Shown: in pieces, positions 1-9,982 of the stretch | Layout: each line of letters opens with the position of its first letter | How positions within the stretch are numbered: position 1 is the first letter of the stretch | Assembly (NCBI GenBank): GCA_963788755.1 | Contig: CAWBHQ010000023.1 | Coordinates: 1,897 to 65,896 of the forward strand | DNA: 64,000 nucleotides | Direction: 5' to 3' | From: an uncultured Nitrososphaerales archaeon | GTDB lineage: Archaea > Thermoproteota > Nitrososphaeria > Nitrososphaerales > Nitrososphaeraceae | Made by a program: the position numbers and the translations under genes | The notes under the pieces: generated by a model | The model's input: only the letters and a program-made list of their open reading frames with translations | What the model was told of the DNA's origin: nothing | Databases searched by the model: none

Positions 1-2
1 GC

Positions 3-107
3 AAGATGATGAAACATCCGCTTACTGAAAAGGGATTGGAGGCGTTTCTTTCTGACTGGGAAAAGATTAGGAGCGAATCTCCAAGGTTAATAAAAGAATT
101 AAGTTGA
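3..107 (+). CDS. tal: Transaldolase / fructose-6-phosphate aldolase, C-terminal end (partial, runs off window start)
   Basis: Manual translation KMMKHPLTEKGLEAFLSDWEKIRSESPRLIKELS*; HPLTxxGLxxFxxDW is the typical TalC/FSA C-terminus. Not in the ORF track. Confidence 0.85.
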   Translation, partial: KMMKHPLTEKGLEAFLSDWEKIRSESPRLIKELS

Positions 108-156
108 CACAAGACGTTTTGATAAAAATTTCAAACAGAATGGCCCTGCAAGGGGT

Positions 157-1752
157 TCAATTTTTCAATAATCCTATGACTTTCTTCGGAATGTCTTCTA
201 ATTTACTGACGGCCAAGCTTCTTTCATAATCTAGATGCCTTAGATTTTGACCGATAGCAATAGCTTCATCTAGATTTCTCCCCAATCCAAGAGCGACCAT
301 GTGACTGCCAATTTTCCGAAAGGATAACACCATATGCCGAACCGCATCAGTGTCAGATGGTTCGCCATCAGTTAGGGTAAAAAAGATTTCGGGTTTGAAA
401 GACCTCACAATTGGCTCGAGCAAACCGTAGATCTCAGCAAGGGGTGTCCCTCCGCTTGCCCTTATCTGCGCCAATCTTTTTGTACAGGTTGCAGACCAAC
501 GATAATTCGGTGGTTTTATCAACCAACATTTCACTTGTTTACCATCAGGTACTAAATGCATATACGGCGAATCTTACTCCCAAAAAGGAAAGGGCTTCAC
601 AAAGCGCATTAGTTACTTGTTTGTATTTCAACTCTACTTCTTGAATGCTACTGGAATGATCCAAAAGGATCATTACTCTCGTCTTGATTGCAAGCTTGAG
701 ATCCACAATGAATGGTGTGGGATTGAATTCGACAAATGCTTCTGCATCAAATTCGTCTCCTAACCTATCATGTCTTTCGATCCATCCTGTGCGCCACTCC
801 CTAAACTTTGCCTTTGTCTTGTGGATAAGGTCTGTGTCATAAACTTGACTCTCATTTACATCCAACCGATTCGGGATGCTAATTCCCATATTTTCCAAAT
901 TTTCATACCCTTCATTCTCATGCCTCTTACTCTCTCGAACCAATGTCTCATACTCCGGAAGAATATCTGTGCCGTTTACTATGGTGTCGACCCTCTTCTC
1001 GATGGTCTTCTCTCTTGCGCGTTTTTTCCTAACTATTTTTTCAATCTGTCGAGATAATTCCGATTCATTCATGGAGAATCCAAACCTCGAACGTATAGTA
1101 GAAAGGGGAACTAAGACCAAGGGATCGACCTCCAAGATCTTGATTATCCGCGGAACTTGCTCTTCTATCCATTTTGTCTGATAATCAGAGGCAAGAGCCT
1201 CCTGCACTACTGAAGTAGCCAATTCGACTGCTTTAGCCACTTTATGTGATTCGGAGGAGAAAAAGCTCGCCTTTAATATAACCAGTTAAGAACAGTTGTC
1301 CAAATCCTTCCAGTACCTTCTGGACACCATATAACGAATTAAGGAGGGGTCGATTTAGCCATGAAATTCCTTCGTCAAATATTATTTCATCCATCATTCC
1401 CTTCCATTCATTAAGGCCTATCGCCTCGATTCGCTTTTTTTCGAGTGCATTCAACACGAAACCAAAGGCATGGTCGTAACTTAGGACCTTAGTTGAATAC
1501 TTTAGTCTCATCGACTCGTACCACAAAGATACACGCCACTGGCGATATTTCTGAAATCGATTTCCAGCATAGCCACGAAGGTGAGGAATAGCAATCTGAC
1601 TCTTATCCGGATTCGTCTTAGGATTTGGCTCATCTGTGAACATTACAAGTGCTTTAGGTTTATCAGACCACCTACGTGATAGAAATGTAGCTTATTTCTA
1701 TGAGAACTTCATCTCTGACGATCAAGCCCTCAAAAGAAGAAATGTGGTCCAC
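157..1752 (-). CDS. VWA-domain protein (CbbO/NorD-like MoxR partner), ~530 aa after repairing 3 frameshifts
   Basis: ORFs 157-561, 545-1240, 1242-1643 and an upstream segment (EVLIEIATFLSRRWS) join by removing one base each near 548, 1262 and 1693. MIDAS motif LLDHSSS, GGTPL, LTDGEP. Start approximate. Confidence 0.8.
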
Positions 1753-1799
1753 GGTTAGTATCTGGAACTAGTATACCGAAACACTACTCAAAAACCTAT

Positions 1800-2610
1800 C
1801 TAGTTTCCAAAAATAGAAGTAATCATGTCCATTACTTTTCGGTACTCGACTTCTCCCCATTGACCATAGACGTTCGCAAATACCAATTGCGCCGCATACT
1901 TTACTTCACTTCCTGATTCTATGAGTCTGGAAAAGCTTATAGTTTCTCTCATGCTAGGACTATAATAGAGCTCTTCAACGGCGGCTGCTTCACGAAGCTT
2001 GTTGGCTAGTTTGACGCCCATCCTTATGGATGCCAGCACAGAGTCCTCAACAGAAACGTGTCTTCTTATTATCTCTACTTCTACATCTTCTGGAGGGTAT
2101 TCCAGTCTGAGACGAACGGGAAATCTACTGAGTAGTTGCGGGGGCAGTTCCTTGGTTCCCACGTGGGACAATGGATTAATTGTAGCAATAACCGTCCACC
2201 CATTAGAAGCAGTTATTGTTTGACCCTCAGATTCCTTTAGCACTACCTGTCTCCTATCATCCAGTGCCTCGTCCAGTCGCAAAAGCACATCTGCTTCTGC
2301 GGCATTCAGCTCGTCAAGGTAGAGGAGTCCTCCAAGACTTCATGGATTCTACTAGAATTCCATCTACAAATCCTACTCCACCATTTTCAAGGGTCTTGGT
2401 TCCGATGAGATGTGACTCTCGAGTTCTGAGGCTAAAATTAACGGGATATAATTTTCTGCTAATCTCTGCGCCAAACGCTCTAACTAATGTGGTCTTGCCT
2501 GTTCCTTTTGGCCCTATAATCATGGTAAATAGCCCTAATTCATAGGCTTTTCTAAGAACGGGCAACGCGTCGTTCCAATCTAAATATACGGATGACGATG
2601 ATTGACTCAA
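1800..2610 (-). CDS. MoxR-family AAA+ ATPase (CbbQ/NirQ/NorQ type), ~269 aa, 1 frameshift
   Basis: Walker A GPKGTGKT; removing A2337 restores MKLGGLLYLDELN (Walker B); ATINP, SRF, YYSPSMRE. Confidence 0.88.
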
Positions 2611-2673
2611 TGATAAACACCGTTATGTGGTTCGCCCTAGTAGACTTAAAAAGGTATTTCACAACTTCTAGAT

Positions 2674-4074
2674 TTAGGCATGCAAAATGGTCCGCTTGTT
2701 CCTTATGAAATCACTAAGAAGAGCCGTCTCTAAGGTTTCGGGGCTCACATAGTAAGATCTTCCTTTAACTCGCCTCTCCATATCATTGACAAAGCCCAAA
2801 AGTGAATCTTCTTCACTAATCATTAATGTGTCAATGTATATACCTTTTTTATGACACTTTTCTGCCTCAATTATGGTTTGTTCACCAATGTAGCTATCAA
2901 CCTGTCTGTAGCGATAGCACAGATAGACTAAATTTCCAGCTGAAATATCGAGCCTCAAATCATAATCGGCCTGAACGCCATCCAAGCTCGATGCATCAGG
3001 CTGATAAAAATGTGAGTAAGGCCTGCTTTTCAGGATCTTTTCTTGCTGCTTCACGTCATCCATAAAGCAAGCACTTGGATGACCATCAGTCACGAGAATA
3101 ATTCGCTTATTAGCAGAGCCCTCCTTAAGCAATATTCTTTTGGATAACCGAAAGGCTGCTTGATAATTGGTGTAATGTAAGAAATCAGAGCCGGCATCGA
3201 ATGTTTTTAGATATGGAATATCGGAGACTTTTACATGGGATGCCAGCGAACCAAAGCCTACCACGTAAATGGAATCATTAGGAAAGTACTTTTTGTTAAG
3301 CAATACTAAGCTCCACAAGGCTTTCTTCGCCGCTTCAATGCGGCTTAATTCGCCAAACATTCTAGAATATTTCATTGTCGAGCTCAAATCTATGCAGTAA
3401 ACTACACTGGCTCGGACATCGTATAGAGTCTCATACTCTTCCAAGTCATCTATTTTCAAATGCAGTGGAATGTCTATCCTGCTAAGCTCTTTTTGCGTGC
3501 GGAGTACACAGTTGAGTAACGATAGTGGTATATTGACCAGCCGTATGTCGTTTCCTTCTTCAAATTTACGAGTGGTATCCAATACGACAGATCCTGCCCC
3601 TATATTCTTTGTACTATGGGCCCCTGCCTCGCCCAACTTCAGAGCCTTCATCACGTCATTCAGAATTAAATTACCAATCCGAGAGAATCCTCTAGAGGTG
3701 AGCCACTTTTCATCATCTCTTAAATATCCTTCCTGAATAAGTCTTCTAATAATTGGAAAAGGCATACTCCGTTCACGAGAATTCTCCTCTCCCTGTCCAT
3801 TATCATTAGTATCTAGTCCTTTTGTGCCTTCATTACCTGCATTTTCTTGTTCTAAAAAACTCCTTATCATTTGATCTAATTCTTGGAGATTAGGTCTCTT
3901 TTCTCGTAACGCTTCTCTTCCAACTATACTCAATAAGAGATCGATATCCTTGTGAGGCAAATTTTCCATATCCTCTGAGAATTTGGATCTTCTGGAATCG
4001 CTGCCAAGGTGAGAGAGTTGGAAAAAGTAACCTTTATCTGCATCAATCATTTGCATCAGATAATCCAAATTCAC
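2674..4074 (-). CDS. VWA-domain protein (partner of the chelatase-like ATPase)
   Basis: CIDLSSTM MIDAS, TNYQAAF, LVTDGHPSA; overlaps the 3' end of the upstream ATPase. Confidence 0.85.
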   Translation of the reverse strand: MNLDYLMQMIDADKGYFFQLSHLGSDSRRSKFSEDMENLPHKDIDLLLSIVGREALREKRPNLQELDQMIRSFLEQENAGNEGTKGLDTNDNGQGEENSRERSMPFPIIRRLIQEGYLRDDEKWLTSRGFSRIGNLILNDVMKALKLGEAGAHSTKNIGAGSVVLDTTRKFEEGNDIRLVNIPLSLLNCVLRTQKELSRIDIPLHLKIDDLEEYETLYDVRASVVYCIDLSSTMKYSRMFGELSRIEAAKKALWSLVLLNKKYFPNDSIYVVGFGSLASHVKVSDIPYLKTFDAGSDFLHYTNYQAAFRLSKRILLKEGSANKRIILVTDGHPSACFMDDVKQQEKILKSRPYSHFYQPDASSLDGVQADYDLRLDISAGNLVYLCYRYRQVDSYIGEQTIIEAEKCHKKGIYIDTLMISEEDSLLGFVNDMERRVKGRSYYVSPETLETALLSDFIRNKRTILHA

Positions 4075-5641
4075 TCTGGTTCTTCTTTTCTAGCACAACC
4101 GGTTCAGTGCATGTTAATCCTTCCAACACCAATTCAGTAGCCGAGGCCATAAGCTCTCCATCCAATTTAGGAGGAATCGAAACAAAATGGTTGTTCACAC
4201 CATGGTTCCTCAGCCTTTCTATAATCTCATCCTGTTCATTCAAGATCCGATCAATAGTCTTAACCACTAACTGTTCCAGATGAGGGAACTTTTTAAGTTG
4301 GTCTTGATAGTCACGCGTTGAAGAAGGATCAATGCCTAACATTCTTTGCGACACGTTAAATCTGCTGTCATTGGAAAAATCCTTACGTATTAGTTGAAGC
4401 TCACTTGACTCAACAGTGTTCAAATAATCTAATGAAACTGTTTTTAAAGCATCATCGATAAGCTTCCCTAATAGCTTCGACCTCGCTTCGAAATTGTCAT
4501 CAATTTCGGAAAGTTCAAACTTTACTGCCTGAAAAATACTGCTAAAGTCACAATATCTGGGCACACTAATCACAGCGTTGAAAAGCGATCTGCTTCTTTC
4601 CGACTCGCTAATGAGTAGTTCCATCGAGTGCACGCCCATCCTAACACTTACACCTTTCTCCTGATTAATCTCCTTTCTGGATCTGGCTTGCTGCACTATT
4701 GTGGCTAGAGTTCTGAGAATGAATACAGGAACAAAGACTTGTGATGAATTTTCGCCTCTTGTCTCCTGCAGTATAATCATGATTTCGTCCTCCAGGCTAA
4801 CGGGGTAGTGTGTCTTTATATGGCTTCTAAGACGATCGGAAAGCGGTTCAATAATCCTGCCAGAATGGGTATAATCGGTCGGGTTAGCTGTTGCGAAGAT
4901 GCTGATGTCTGGTCTAAACGTAATTGGATACGATCCCGTTGTAAACTTTCCTTCCTGCAGCACGCTGAGTAGCGCCACCTGCTTCCTGGGATCGAGTACA
5001 GGAAGCTCATCTATGCACATCATACCATGGTTCGCTTGAAGAAGATAACCTGGAGTGTACGATTCGATATCATAGATTTCAATGCCCTTCTTGGCAATTC
5101 TCATTGCATCTATCTGTCCTACCAAATCCTTGACCGAGACGTCAGGGGTAGCGAGAAAGTACCTGTAACGATGGATGCCTTCTACCCATTTAATGCGAGT
5201 ATCCAACTTGTTATTTCTTATTGTCTCCTCGCACTCAGTTGAGACAGTAAAATCAGGACTCGTTCTTAGGCTCTCTTCGTCGGACAGCATTGCCACTAGG
5301 TGATCTTCCGCGATACTTGTAGGAATATCATTAATAAGCGATCCTTCAACGACCGGAATAGGGGAAAGTAAGTGTTTCGCAACACTTTCTGCAATTCGAG
5401 TCTTTGCTTGACCTATTTCTCCGATCAATAGAACGTCGTGTCCTGCTAAGACAGCACGAATCAATGACGGAATAACGTCTAATTCGTAACCGATTATGCC
5501 AGGGAATGGCGTGACGCCATTCTTTAGTCTTGCAATCAAATTTTTCCTCATTTGGTCCTGAACTGAGATGTATTTGTAATTGATTTCCAACAGATCCCGC
5601 AACCTAGTTAGCTGCTTAAAATTATCGGGTAATCCAGCCAT
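4043..5641 (-). CDS. Mg-chelatase ChlI-like / MoxR-type AAA+ ATPase
   Basis: GEIGQAKT Walker A, IDELP Walker B, ATANP, EPLSDRL, GVSVR. Likely start MAGLPDNF at 5641 (ORF track extends to 5737). Confidence 0.85.
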   Translation of the reverse strand: MAGLPDNFKQLTRLRDLLEINYKYISVQDQMRKNLIARLKNGVTPFPGIIGYELDVIPSLIRAVLAGHDVLLIGEIGQAKTRIAESVAKHLLSPIPVVEGSLINDIPTSIAEDHLVAMLSDEESLRTSPDFTVSTECEETIRNNKLDTRIKWVEGIHRYRYFLATPDVSVKDLVGQIDAMRIAKKGIEIYDIESYTPGYLLQANHGMMCIDELPVLDPRKQVALLSVLQEGKFTTGSYPITFRPDISIFATANPTDYTHSGRIIEPLSDRLRSHIKTHYPVSLEDEIMIILQETRGENSSQVFVPVFILRTLATIVQQARSRKEINQEKGVSVRMGVHSMELLISESERSRSLFNAVISVPRYCDFSSIFQAVKFELSEIDDNFEARSKLLGKLIDDALKTVSLDYLNTVESSELQLIRKDFSNDSRFNVSQRMLGIDPSSTRDYQDQLKKFPHLEQLVVKTIDRILNEQDEIIERLRNHGVNNHFVSIPPKLDGELMASATELVLEGLTCTEPVVLEKKNQSEFGLSDAND

Positions 5642-5934
5642 AATCTCGGTGTAATTAGGCGCTGTAGTGTAGGAATGATGGACAGCCTTCTTTAGTATCT
5701 CTTTTGAATCCAATTCGAATCGCGATTTCAGATACAATTGGGTTGTATTTAAGAAACGTACCAGCCCACTGAACCTTCCACTTTATATTTAGGAATATGA
5801 CAGCTCCGATTTGTAAATAATGTGACTCGGTTAATGGACACCCCATTACATCTGGACGTGTGTGACAACTAATCCCAACATGGATTTACGGGGTCAGCAT
5901 GGTTTTTATTTAGGAATGAATACGCATTCAATGC

Positions 5935-6411
5935 TTGTCGAGTAGCGAATACAAACACATACTTAGAATTGCGGGCAAAGACATAGATGGTAGCAAAAAG
6001 TCTATTGTCGCACTTAGTAGCATTAGAGGATTGGGTTATAATTATTCTCAAGTACTATTACAATCCCTTAACATCAGTCCATCGATAAGAGTAGGATATC
6101 TCACAGAAAATGAAATACAAGAGATCGAGGATGCGGTTAGAGATCCATCAAAAATTAAGATGCCTTCATGGTATCTGAATCGACGGGCAGATATGGATAC
6201 TGGTTCTGATACTCATCTTATAACATCTGATCTAGAATTTGCCATCACAAATGACATAAATAGGGAGAAAAGTGTGATGAGCTGGCGTGGTTACAGGCAC
6301 ATGTTTGGATTAAGAGTGAGGGGACAGCACACGAGAACGACAGGAAGAAGGGGAAGCGCAGTTGGAGTTAAGAAGAGTGGCAAGGTAGCGCCTGCATCCA
6401 CTTCCAAATGA
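5935..6411 (+). CDS. rps13: 30S ribosomal protein uS13
   Basis: LRIAGKDIDG, WYLNRR, SWRGYRHMFGLRVRGQHTRTTGR. Confidence 0.97.
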   Translation: MSSSEYKHILRIAGKDIDGSKKSIVALSSIRGLGYNYSQVLLQSLNISPSIRVGYLTENEIQEIEDAVRDPSKIKMPSWYLNRRADMDTGSDTHLITSDLEFAITNDINREKSVMSWRGYRHMFGLRVRGQHTRTTGRRGSAVGVKKSGKVAPASTSK

Positions 6412-6436
6412 CAAAGAATTTTAGGATGGATGAGTA

Positions 6437-6964
6437 ATGGGAGATCCTCGAAAGGCAAGGAAAACCTTTAGCAGACCCAGAAGAATTTGGACCTCTGATC
6501 AACTTAGTGCAGAACTCTATATTATAGGATCATACGGACTCCGAAATAAGAGAGAATTATGGAGAGCTCAAACAGAGGTTGCAGGATTTAGAAACCAAGC
6601 CAGGGCTCTGCTCGCTCTACCGGCTGAGGATAGACATCAACAAGAGATAAAGCTTCTCAAGTATCTTAGCCGGCTTGGGCTGATAGATGAAGCATCATCG
6701 TTGGATGATATTCTAAACCTAAAGATAGAGCACTTGTTAGAAAGAAGACTTCAAACAATGATAATGAGGAAGATAGACACAAAGTCGCCTTATACGGCGA
6801 GGCAGATAGTTGTTCACGGGCATGTTTCAATAGGAGACAGATTTGTTAACTTACCTGGACACATAGTCAGGAAGGAGGAAGAGAATAGACTCCTTGTTCA
6901 TTTGGAACTCTCAAAGCCGTCATCACCGTCATCACCTACATCAACGTCAGTTCCAAATGGGTAA
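6437..6964 (+). CDS. rps4: 30S ribosomal protein uS4
   Basis: MGDPRK, YGLRNKRELW, LERRLQT, ARQIVVHGH. Confidence 0.97.
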   Translation: MGDPRKARKTFSRPRRIWTSDQLSAELYIIGSYGLRNKRELWRAQTEVAGFRNQARALLALPAEDRHQQEIKLLKYLSRLGLIDEASSLDDILNLKIEHLLERRLQTMIMRKIDTKSPYTARQIVVHGHVSIGDRFVNLPGHIVRKEEENRLLVHLELSKPSSPSSPTSTSVPNG

Positions 6965-6993
6965 AAACAAGAATAGTGTCGAACTCAAATTCC

Positions 6994-7959
6994 CTATGAC
7001 TTTTTGCAAATCTCCTTAAGTACGTCAACGTGGTCGATTTTCCCATCTGCGTTCATGTCGAAGCCTTGCACTACAATGGCCCACTCATGTCCGTCAGCAT
7101 AATTTCTCAAAATTTGGCTTGCAAAATTTGTCAGACCTAACACTGCAGATTTGGTACCGATAGACCTTACCCCTGCTACTACGATTACAGTATTTTTCTC
7201 ATCATAGGGATTTCGTATCTTGGCGATTAAGCCATGATTGTCCATATTATACAATTCCCCTGTCTCTGCGGCCAGACCAGACCAAAAGTTAGATTCATTG
7301 AACCTGATTGGAAGATATTTATTAAATTCTGCCGTAACTATATTTGTACCTGGGCCACCTATACTCACGATGTTGCGACCATTAATGGCTCGTTCTGCCC
7401 TCGCGTCAGAATCGAGTTTAACAATGAATTCGTCAGAAATGCTGCACAAATTCCCAAGAGAAAATGCCAGCTGGATAGCATAATGTCCATCCCTTGCAGA
7501 CGATTTGTATGGACCATGCGGATCCGGAGCACCTACGACAATGAGTCCGTTAAAAAAATTATCTTTTATGAATTCCTTAAAAAAGACCATATTACTCGAG
7601 TCCTGACGGTTGTTATTTGTCAGAACGCTAAACTGAGACTCTCCCCAATCCATTTCTAAACCATAGGATGGGTTGACTGTTTTGAAAAGGCGAGCAGTCC
7701 CTCCTCGGATTGTTTTGGTTCCGGATTGCTGAATCGCTCCAATTTGTAGTAGTTTTTGCATGTAGTAATAGGCACTTTGTTCATAGATCCTAAGCTCCCT
7801 TGCCACCTGGGCAGTATATTTTGCTTCAGTTGAGAGCAATTGCATGATCTTCCAGGCGACCGGATTAGAAAGAACACTCATATAACTGACATCATTATAA
7901 ACGGTTATTCGTTTGGATAGCAACTTATCGCCCACACTATAGAGAAGAGTCTTTTCCAA
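6994..7959 (-). CDS. ArsR-like wHTH transcriptional regulator with C-terminal alpha/beta putative ligand-binding domain
   Basis: N-terminal LSNPVAWKIMQLL...YTAQVARELRIYEQSAYYYMQKL HTH; C-terminal IVVGAPDPHGP and SIGGPGTN; divergent from glmS. Confidence 0.7.
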   Translation of the reverse strand: MEKTLLYSVGDKLLSKRITVYNDVSYMSVLSNPVAWKIMQLLSTEAKYTAQVARELRIYEQSAYYYMQKLLQIGAIQQSGTKTIRGGTARLFKTVNPSYGLEMDWGESQFSVLTNNNRQDSSNMVFFKEFIKDNFFNGLIVVGAPDPHGPYKSSARDGHYAIQLAFSLGNLCSISDEFIVKLDSDARAERAINGRNIVSIGGPGTNIVTAEFNKYLPIRFNESNFWSGLAAETGELYNMDNHGLIAKIRNPYDEKNTVIVVAGVRSIGTKSAVLGLTNFASQILRNYADGHEWAIVVQGFDMNADGKIDHVDVLKEICKKS

Positions 7960-8142
7960 CGAATGACGTTGACTAAGATTATATATAAATTATGACAGGT
8001 ACAAAAAAAATTTGTCCTCATCCTTAGCGTCTTTGCATCGAAAATACTCTTACGAGAACGGTTTCTATACTAAATGCATTAATATAACGGTCATTTCCTC
8101 CTTTTGGCTATTTTTAATTATGTTATTAAAATAACTATGCGT

Positions 8143-9909
8143 GTGTGTTCAATTATCGGCTACAAAGGTGAATCCCTTGCTGCTCCGCTTCTAGTAACTT
8201 GCTTACAAAAAATGGAATACAGGGGTTATGATAGCGTAGGCATCGGAACTATTAATGATGGCAAAGTTAGCGTCAAAAAAGGAGTTGGTAGAGTTGAAGA
8301 TGTAGATTCAAAATTACTTTTGAGCGTATTGCCTGGAAGAATTGGGATAGGTCATACAAGATGGGCAACGCATGGAAAGGTTACAGAAAAGAATGCCCAT
8401 CCTCATACATCTTGTAATGGAGAGATCGCTGTCGTGCACAATGGAATAATTCAGAACTATTCAGAGCTAAAATCAATGCTCATGAGAAATGGTCATATTT
8501 TCAAGAGCGAAACTGATAGCGAAGTCATTGCACATTTACTGGAAGAGGACTATGTTCAATCTGGCGATCTGAGAGGGGCTGTCTTGAATACAGCGAAGAA
8601 ATTGAATGGCGCATTCTCTTTTATAGCGGCATTTAGTGATGGGACCATTGCTGGAGCTAGATTCGATGAACCACTAATTGTGGGTATTTCAAATGACGGC
8701 TATTATGTTAGCAGCGATGTTGTAGGATTTTTGAATTACACTGACCGAGCAATATTCCTTGACAATCGAGACGTTGTAATATTAAAGGGCTCAGAAATGG
8801 AAATGATTAGTTTTGACGGTGCACCTGTCATGAGGCCAATAACTCAAGTGGCTTGGGAGTTTGGCGGGATTGACAAGGGGACTTATGCTCATTTCACCAT
8901 TAAAGAGATCAATGAACAGGTAGAGACCATTGCTAAATCTGGAAAGGACCAGGAGAAAAGAATTGAGCAAGTCAGTGAGTTGCTCAAATCGGCTCCATTT
9001 GTATACTTTACCGGAAGTGGGACTAGTTATCATTGCGCATTAGTAGCAAAGGCACTTCTTTCAAAGTATGGAAGGAGGAAGTCAGATGCTATCATGTCAA
9101 GTGAATTCCAATATCTAGTAAATGATATTGAGCATGACTCTGTAATTGTTGCCATTTCACAGAGCGGGGAAACGGCAGATGTTCTAGAGGTTGTAAAGAA
9201 AGCGAAGCCACTAGGGTCGAAGATCATCTCCATTGTGAATGTTCCTACCTCGTCCTTGGCGCGTCTGAGCGACATTTCTGTTCACATGAATTGCGGGCCG
9301 GAAATAGGAGTAGCAGCGACTAAGAGTTTTACTTCACAATTGACGATTCTTTATGCCATAATAGATGAATTGTCCGGAGGAGTTATCGGATTGGAAGACC
9401 AGAGATATAGATTGCAGGACGCTGTGAAAGAATTAATCAAAAGTCAGAGCATGATTGAGCGAATTACTGACGAAATTAAGGACGTCAGAGACATCTATGT
9501 ATTGGGTAGATCAATTCATTATCCTATAGCGCTTGAGGGGGCCCTCAAGATCAAAGAATTGAGCTATGTTCATGCGGAAGGGATCCCTGCTGGTGAGCTG
9601 AAGCATGGACCCCTAGCGCTCATCGACAACAATAGCTGTATTCTGGTGCTGAACCCTAACGATTCTACTTTCGACGATGTGAAGGCCAACGCTCACGAAA
9701 TAAAGGCAAGAGGTGCAATGCTGATAGGTGTAGGAAATTCACCGAGTGATGTATATGACCTATTTATAACTATTCCAGAAGTGGATGAAATTTTATATCC
9801 TCTTCTGGAGGTAATTCCGTTTCAAATGATAGCATATTATCTAGCACTTGAGAAAAACGCAAATCCAGACTATCCTCGAAACCTCGCCAAATCGGTGACA
9901 GTCAAATAG
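8143..9909 (+). CDS. glmS: Glutamine--fructose-6-phosphate aminotransferase
   Basis: GTG at 8143 gives M-C-S-I-I-G (catalytic Cys1); EYRGYDS, GHTRWATHG, HNG, SQSGETAD, ELKHGP, PRNLAKSVTV. Confidence 0.97.
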   Translation: MCSIIGYKGESLAAPLLVTCLQKMEYRGYDSVGIGTINDGKVSVKKGVGRVEDVDSKLLLSVLPGRIGIGHTRWATHGKVTEKNAHPHTSCNGEIAVVHNGIIQNYSELKSMLMRNGHIFKSETDSEVIAHLLEEDYVQSGDLRGAVLNTAKKLNGAFSFIAAFSDGTIAGARFDEPLIVGISNDGYYVSSDVVGFLNYTDRAIFLDNRDVVILKGSEMEMISFDGAPVMRPITQVAWEFGGIDKGTYAHFTIKEINEQVETIAKSGKDQEKRIEQVSELLKSAPFVYFTGSGTSYHCALVAKALLSKYGRRKSDAIMSSEFQYLVNDIEHDSVIVAISQSGETADVLEVVKKAKPLGSKIISIVNVPTSSLARLSDISVHMNCGPEIGVAATKSFTSQLTILYAIIDELSGGVIGLEDQRYRLQDAVKELIKSQSMIERITDEIKDVRDIYVLGRSIHYPIALEGALKIKELSYVHAEGIPAGELKHGPLALIDNNSCILVLNPNDSTFDDVKANAHEIKARGAMLIGVGNSPSDVYDLFITIPEVDEILYPLLEVIPFQMIAYYLALEKNANPDYPRNLAKSVTVK

Positions 9910-9982
9910 GATTATACAGGAATCAGAATCTTCAGGTAACTTAGCTTTAAATACAGATGCAGCAATTGACGCCTATAGGACC

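Noticed and set aside
5935-6964. rps13-rps4 without adjacent rps11/rpoD
   Set aside because: Ordinary operon fragmentation; no evidence of gene loss from one window.
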